DNA of 12,023 nucleotides from the NCBI GenBank assembly GCA_016839515.1, contig JAEOUE010000176.1, positions 1 to 12,023 of the forward strand, read 5' to 3'. This document shows positions 8,495 to 12,023 of this stretch, piece by piece. The position numbers and the translations under genes are program-made. The stretch's first letter is position 1, and every line of letters begins with the position of its first letter. A model generated the notes under the pieces. That model had not been told where the DNA came from and did no database searches. It saw nothing but the letters and a program-made list of their open reading frames with translations. The stretch is from Candidatus Hodarchaeum mangrovi. GTDB taxonomy: Archaea > Asgardarchaeota > Heimdallarchaeia > Hodarchaeales > Hodarchaeaceae.

Positions 8495-8572
8495 CGAACT
8501 GTTTTTAAGATAAGTTCGTGTCAATGAAGTAAATAATAATCCATTTACGAAAATTATGGATTAAAAGAGGAG
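8495..8572 (+). promoter_or_regulatory. Putative promoter/operator and RBS of the KaiC-like gene, with two inverted repeats
   Basis: CGAACT-N12-AGTTCG (8495-8518) encloses TATA-like TTTTTAAG; TAATCCAT-N11-ATGGATTA (8537-8563); GAGGAG at 8567-8572 precedes the ATG at 8580. Confidence 0.5.
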
Positions 8573-8579
8573 TTATCTT

Positions 8580-9296
8580 ATGGAATTGACAAAGACTGGC
8601 GTAGTTGGTCTTGATGAATTATTAGGAGGGGGGATCCCTAAAGGATGGACTACAATATTATCTGGAGAACCTGGTGCGGGAAAAACTTGTCTTTCGATTG
8701 GATATCTTGTAGAAGGTATCCGTCAGTATAATGAAAATGGGATTTTTCTTTCATTCAATGAATCTCGAAAAGAATTATTATTGACTCAAAAATCATTTGG
8801 TTATAACTTAGAGAAATATGAAAAGGAGCAGAAAATTCGCATATTGGACTTCTCTTATGGAAAAGCGTTAGGCCAGGGGCAGATTGCTTTACAACAGGGA
8901 AAGCTTGATTTACCTGGTCTCACAAAAGAGCTTAAAACGGCAATAAATGACATCAATGCAACACGACTTGTTATTGATCCACTTACTATTATCTCTTTGC
9001 TATTTGATGATGTTCGTGAAGTTCGTTACAACTTTTTACGATTTTTTGATGTAATTAGAAGATTTGGTGTAACATCAATTGCAATTACAGAAAGTACAGG
9101 GTTAACAGATTACACTATAGAAGATTTTCTAGCATCAGGAGTTATACACCTTTATAACGAAAGAACTGGGTCGAAAAGACAACGGGGAATAGAAATAATC
9201 AAAATGAGAGGGATTAAACATAAACGAGGAGTTTTTCCTTTATCCATTACTGAAAAAGGGGTAATAATTTCTCCAGATGTTGAATTACCTTCATAA
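8580..9296 (+). CDS. Single-domain KaiC-like (RAD55/RecA superfamily) ATPase
   Basis: KTGVVGLDELLGGGIP, Walker A GEPGAGKT, Walker B RLVIDP, SGVIHL, R.IEIIKMRG..H, F.I..KG-type C-terminus; 238 aa, a single RecA-like domain. Confidence 0.9.
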   Translation: MELTKTGVVGLDELLGGGIPKGWTTILSGEPGAGKTCLSIGYLVEGIRQYNENGIFLSFNESRKELLLTQKSFGYNLEKYEKEQKIRILDFSYGKALGQGQIALQQGKLDLPGLTKELKTAINDINATRLVIDPLTIISLLFDDVREVRYNFLRFFDVIRRFGVTSIAITESTGLTDYTIEDFLASGVIHLYNERTGSKRQRGIEIIKMRGIKHKRGVFPLSITEKGVIISPDVELPS

Positions 9297-9297
9297 A

Positions 9298-10062
9298 TTA
9301 AACCAGATACTTTTCACGAATATCTTTTATTGCAGTTCCTGGTCGAACTCCTTTTGGACAAACACGATTACAAACATAATATTTTTCACAGGCAGGAACA
9401 CCATATTTTATTGAAACTTGATGCACTATTTCTGAACGGCGGATCTTGCTTAAACGAGTGTCACCAATAAATCGATAGGCTTTTGCTAGAGCAGCTGGTC
9501 CTAAATATTGACTATTTTTTGCATTAACAGGGCAGGTCCAACAAATCCCACACAGAATACAGTATACAAGGTGTTCAATAGATCGGGCTTCTTCTGGTGA
9601 TTGAAGAGATTCTGGTTGGATATCTCTATATTCTCGCGCAAAATAAGGTTCTACATGTTCATAAAACCTCCAAAAAGGTTCCATGTCTACAACCAGATCT
9701 TTAATTATCTTCATATTTGGCAATGGTTCAATTAATATCTCATTTTCTTTATCCCAATCATTTTTTATTCTCCCAAAATTCAATTCAGGTAATTTTAGTG
9801 GTTTTTGAGTTGATTTAACCTGAAAAATTTGAGTTTTACATGCTAATTGTGGAAGTTTATCAATAGTTAATCCACAAGATCCACAAATAGCCCCACGACA
9901 AGAATAACGAAAAGTAAGACTAGAATCAAAGTGATCTTGGATATAGAATAACGCTTCTAATATACTCATACCTGGTTTTACTGGGACTTCAAATCTCTGA
10001 TAGTTCGGTTCACTTTGGTTAGGTTTCTTTCGATAAATCAAAAATTTTTGTGAAATATTCAT
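9298..10062 (-). CDS. sdhB: Succinate dehydrogenase / fumarate reductase iron-sulfur subunit
   Basis: [2Fe-2S] FRYSCRGAICGSC...LAC, IEPL....IKDLVVD, [4Fe-4S] CILCGIC..CP, YLGPAAL, and [3Fe-4S]-type CEKYYVCNRVCPKG. Confidence 0.93.
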   Translation of the reverse strand: MNISQKFLIYRKKPNQSEPNYQRFEVPVKPGMSILEALFYIQDHFDSSLTFRYSCRGAICGSCGLTIDKLPQLACKTQIFQVKSTQKPLKLPELNFGRIKNDWDKENEILIEPLPNMKIIKDLVVDMEPFWRFYEHVEPYFAREYRDIQPESLQSPEEARSIEHLVYCILCGICWTCPVNAKNSQYLGPAALAKAYRFIGDTRLSKIRRSEIVHQVSIKYGVPACEKYYVCNRVCPKGVRPGTAIKDIREKYLV

Positions 10063-10074
10063 GATATTTTCTTC

Positions 10075-11802
10075 CTAATATTTTCTTGCCTGAACCTCAA
10101 AATATCCGAGTTTAACAGGTTTTGTTTCCATCTTTAAATCACCTTTTAGATCCCTTAGAACCATAGAATGAACTAAATATTTAGTATCATCACGTTTGGG
10201 GTAATCTGTTCGAAAATGAGCCCCTCTACTTTCTCTTCTCCATAGTGCACTAAATGCAGTTACTTCAGCAATATCAAGTAAGTTCCTGAGCTCAAGAGTT
10301 CTTATTAATCCAAAATTAAATTTTCTTTCTTCTGGAGTTGAAATACCACATAACTTAACATTTTTAAATGCTAGTTGGAGTTTTTTCAAGTCTTCATAAG
10401 CACGAACCAATTCATCTTCAGTCCGATAAACAAATACATTTTTACTCATAGTTTCCCCCATAGAATGGCGGATGGCAATAGGCGTTTTTCCTAAATTATT
10501 TTCCCATCTAGTAAATAGCAAAATCAGATCATTAAAGGCTTTTTTCTCTGCTTCAATAATCTTTTGAATTGGTGGAGATTTTGATTGTCCCTTCTCTAAT
10601 ATTTTTTGTCCAACATATCTTCCAAATACTGCTGTTTCTAATAAACTGTTACCTCCCAGTCTATTAGCTCCATGTATGGATATAACTGCATTTTCTCCAA
10701 TTGCCCATAAGCCTTTCAATGTAGTTTCACAAAATTCACCATTATATTTTGTACCAATACCTCACATAGAATAATGATGTCCTGCATGGACAGGGATCGG
10801 AGTATCAATTGGATCAACCCCAGCAAAATCAATAGCGATTTCCCGAATCCCTGGTAATCTCTTTAGTATCTTTTCTCGTCCTAAATGCCGTAAATCAAGA
10901 TGAACATATGCTTCTTCGAAACCTCTTCCTTCGTTAATTTCGGTGGTAATCGCTCGTGCTACAATGTCTCTTGGGGCAAGTTCTTGTGCTTCAGGGGCGA
11001 TTTCCACCATAAAACGCTTATTTAAGTTGTTGTACAGTAATCCTCCTTCTCCCCGTGCGCCTTCAGACATTAATATATTAGTACCATGCAAACAAGTAGG
11101 GTGAAATTGAACAAATTCACAATCACTCATAGGAACTCCTGCTCTGAATGCTGCTCCGACTCCATCACCAGTACAAATTAGTGCGTTTGTACTGGCTCTA
11201 TAAATCCACCCAAATCCTCCAGTAGCAAGAATAACATTGTTAGCTCTAAATATAACTAAATTACCAGAAGAAAGATCAAGGGTAATAATTCCAGTCACTT
11301 GATTTTCTACTTTAATGATATCGATAAGAAAATATTCATTATAAAATTGAACATTTTGTCGAACACACTGCTCATAAAGCGTGTGTAATAATGCATGGCC
11401 AGTCCGATCAGCTGCATAACATGTCCGAGGAAATCCAGCTCCCCCAAATGGTCGTTGAGCAATTTTTCCATCTTCAAACCTTGAAAATGGGGTTCCCATA
11501 CTTTCAAGTTCCACAACAATTTTTGGGGCTTCTTTACACATGAATAGAACCGCATCTTGATCAGCGAGATAATCTGATCCTTTAACAGTATCAAATGAAT
11601 GTCTCTCTGGAGTATCATCTTTCCCTGCAGGATGGTTTCCCAGAGCTGCGTTAATTCCTCCTTGAGCTGCACCTGAATGACTACGAATTGGAACAACTTT
11701 ACTTATAAGAGCAACATTATGTTTTTTGGAAAGTTCTAATCCCGTTCTAAGACCACTCAAACCACCTCCCACAACAACTGAATCAAATTCCAATATATCC
11801 AT
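10075..11802 (-). pseudogene. sdhA: Succinate dehydrogenase / fumarate reductase flavoprotein subunit interrupted by one in-frame TGA at 10764-10762 (nonsense allele, base-call error or readthrough)
   Basis: The 346-aa and 214-aa ORFs share a frame: ...CAT TAT TCT ATG TGA GGT ATT GGT ACA... = HYSM*GIGTKYNGEFCETTLKGLWAIGE. Joined length is 575 codons. GGGLSG, RSHSGAAQGG (covalent-FAD His), QFHPT, SEGARGEG, LAPRD, HGANRLGGNSL and RESRGAH are all intact. Gene identity is secure; pseudogene status is not. Confidence 0.8.
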
Positions 11803-11838
11803 AATAATTAATCTCCATTCTATTCAAAAGTAAAAATA

Positions 11839-12021
11839 TTATTTATTTGTTATAATACTCTCATTTATGGCATCTAAGGATTGACATCCAGTCATCATCA
11901 TTGCTTTAGAAAGTGTTGATCGTAAATAATCCATTTGTAATCGAACACCTTCAATACCTCCCCCAACGGCAGCTCGTACAATATCTCGTCCAATTAAGGC
12001 AGCATGAGCTCCAAGGGCAAG
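11839..12021 (-). CDS. C-terminus of an FMN-dependent alpha-hydroxy-acid oxidase/dehydrogenase (lactate/glycolate oxidase family); 5' part beyond the window
   Basis: Manual translation LALGAHAALIGRDIVRAAVGGGIEGVRLQMDYLRSTLSKAMMMTGCQSLDAINESIITNK* matches the family end pattern ALGA.AV.IGR......GG.EGV......L..EL..AM...G. Only 60 aa are visible. Confidence 0.75.
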   Translation of the reverse strand, partial: LALGAHAALIGRDIVRAAVGGGIEGVRLQMDYLRSTLSKAMMMTGCQSLDAINESIITNK

Positions 12022-12023
12022 GA

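Noticed and set aside
8580-9296. Circadian clock KaiC or RadA recombinase
   Set aside because: It has a single domain, no ST phosphosites, no kaiA/kaiB nearby and no N-terminal HhH domain of RadA.
10762-10764. Genome-wide TGA=Gly reassignment (genetic code 25)
   Set aside because: This is the only internal TGA among more than 3,000 codons, and the many other Gly residues use GGN. TGA ends hyuA at the expected family C-terminus and also ends the 7-TM gene.
10762-10764. Selenocysteine insertion in SdhA
   Set aside because: The aligned residue is a conserved Gly, not Cys. Only 12 nt separate sdhA from sdhB, and I recognised no SECIS-like hairpin by eye.
11307-11696. 129-aa alternate-frame ORF inside sdhA
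   Set aside because: It is fully nested in the conserved FAD-binding region on the same strand, with no motifs.
10075-11802. Frameshift or two separate genes for sdhA
   Set aside because: Both ORFs are in the same frame, and the 42 nt between them translate into the expected SdhA sequence.
1-12023. CRISPR array, tRNA/rRNA, IS element or integrase
   Set aside because: Intergenic gaps are under 200 bp with no repeat-spacer periodicity or cloverleaf visible, and no ORF resembles a transposase or recombinase.

Overview
This AT-rich prokaryotic window is densely packed with metabolic and signalling genes. It is probably archaeal: it has a single-domain KaiC-like ATPase, a MOFRL glycerate kinase, an RHH regulator and TATA-like spacers. 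An Asgard-like origin is only my impression. Left to right: a minus-strand trio (SGNH hydrolase running off the left edge, orphan 7-TM protein, ribbon-helix-helix protein); divergent menA; a convergent HAD-fold protein that has lost its catalytic aspartates; a coupled hyuA-hyuB-glycerate 2-kinase operon; a KaiC-like ATPase; and a convergent minus-strand unit (sdhB, sdhA, FMN alpha-hydroxy-acid oxidase running off the right edge). The two sdhA ORFs in the track are one gene interrupted by a single in-frame TGA at the conserved HYxMGG glycine. The most interesting points are that TGA, the RHH/7-TM pair with GPCR-like topology, the pseudo-HAD, and an SdhAB with no anchor genes in the window, linked to a hydroxy-acid oxidase. 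I saw no RNA genes, CRISPR arrays or mobile elements.
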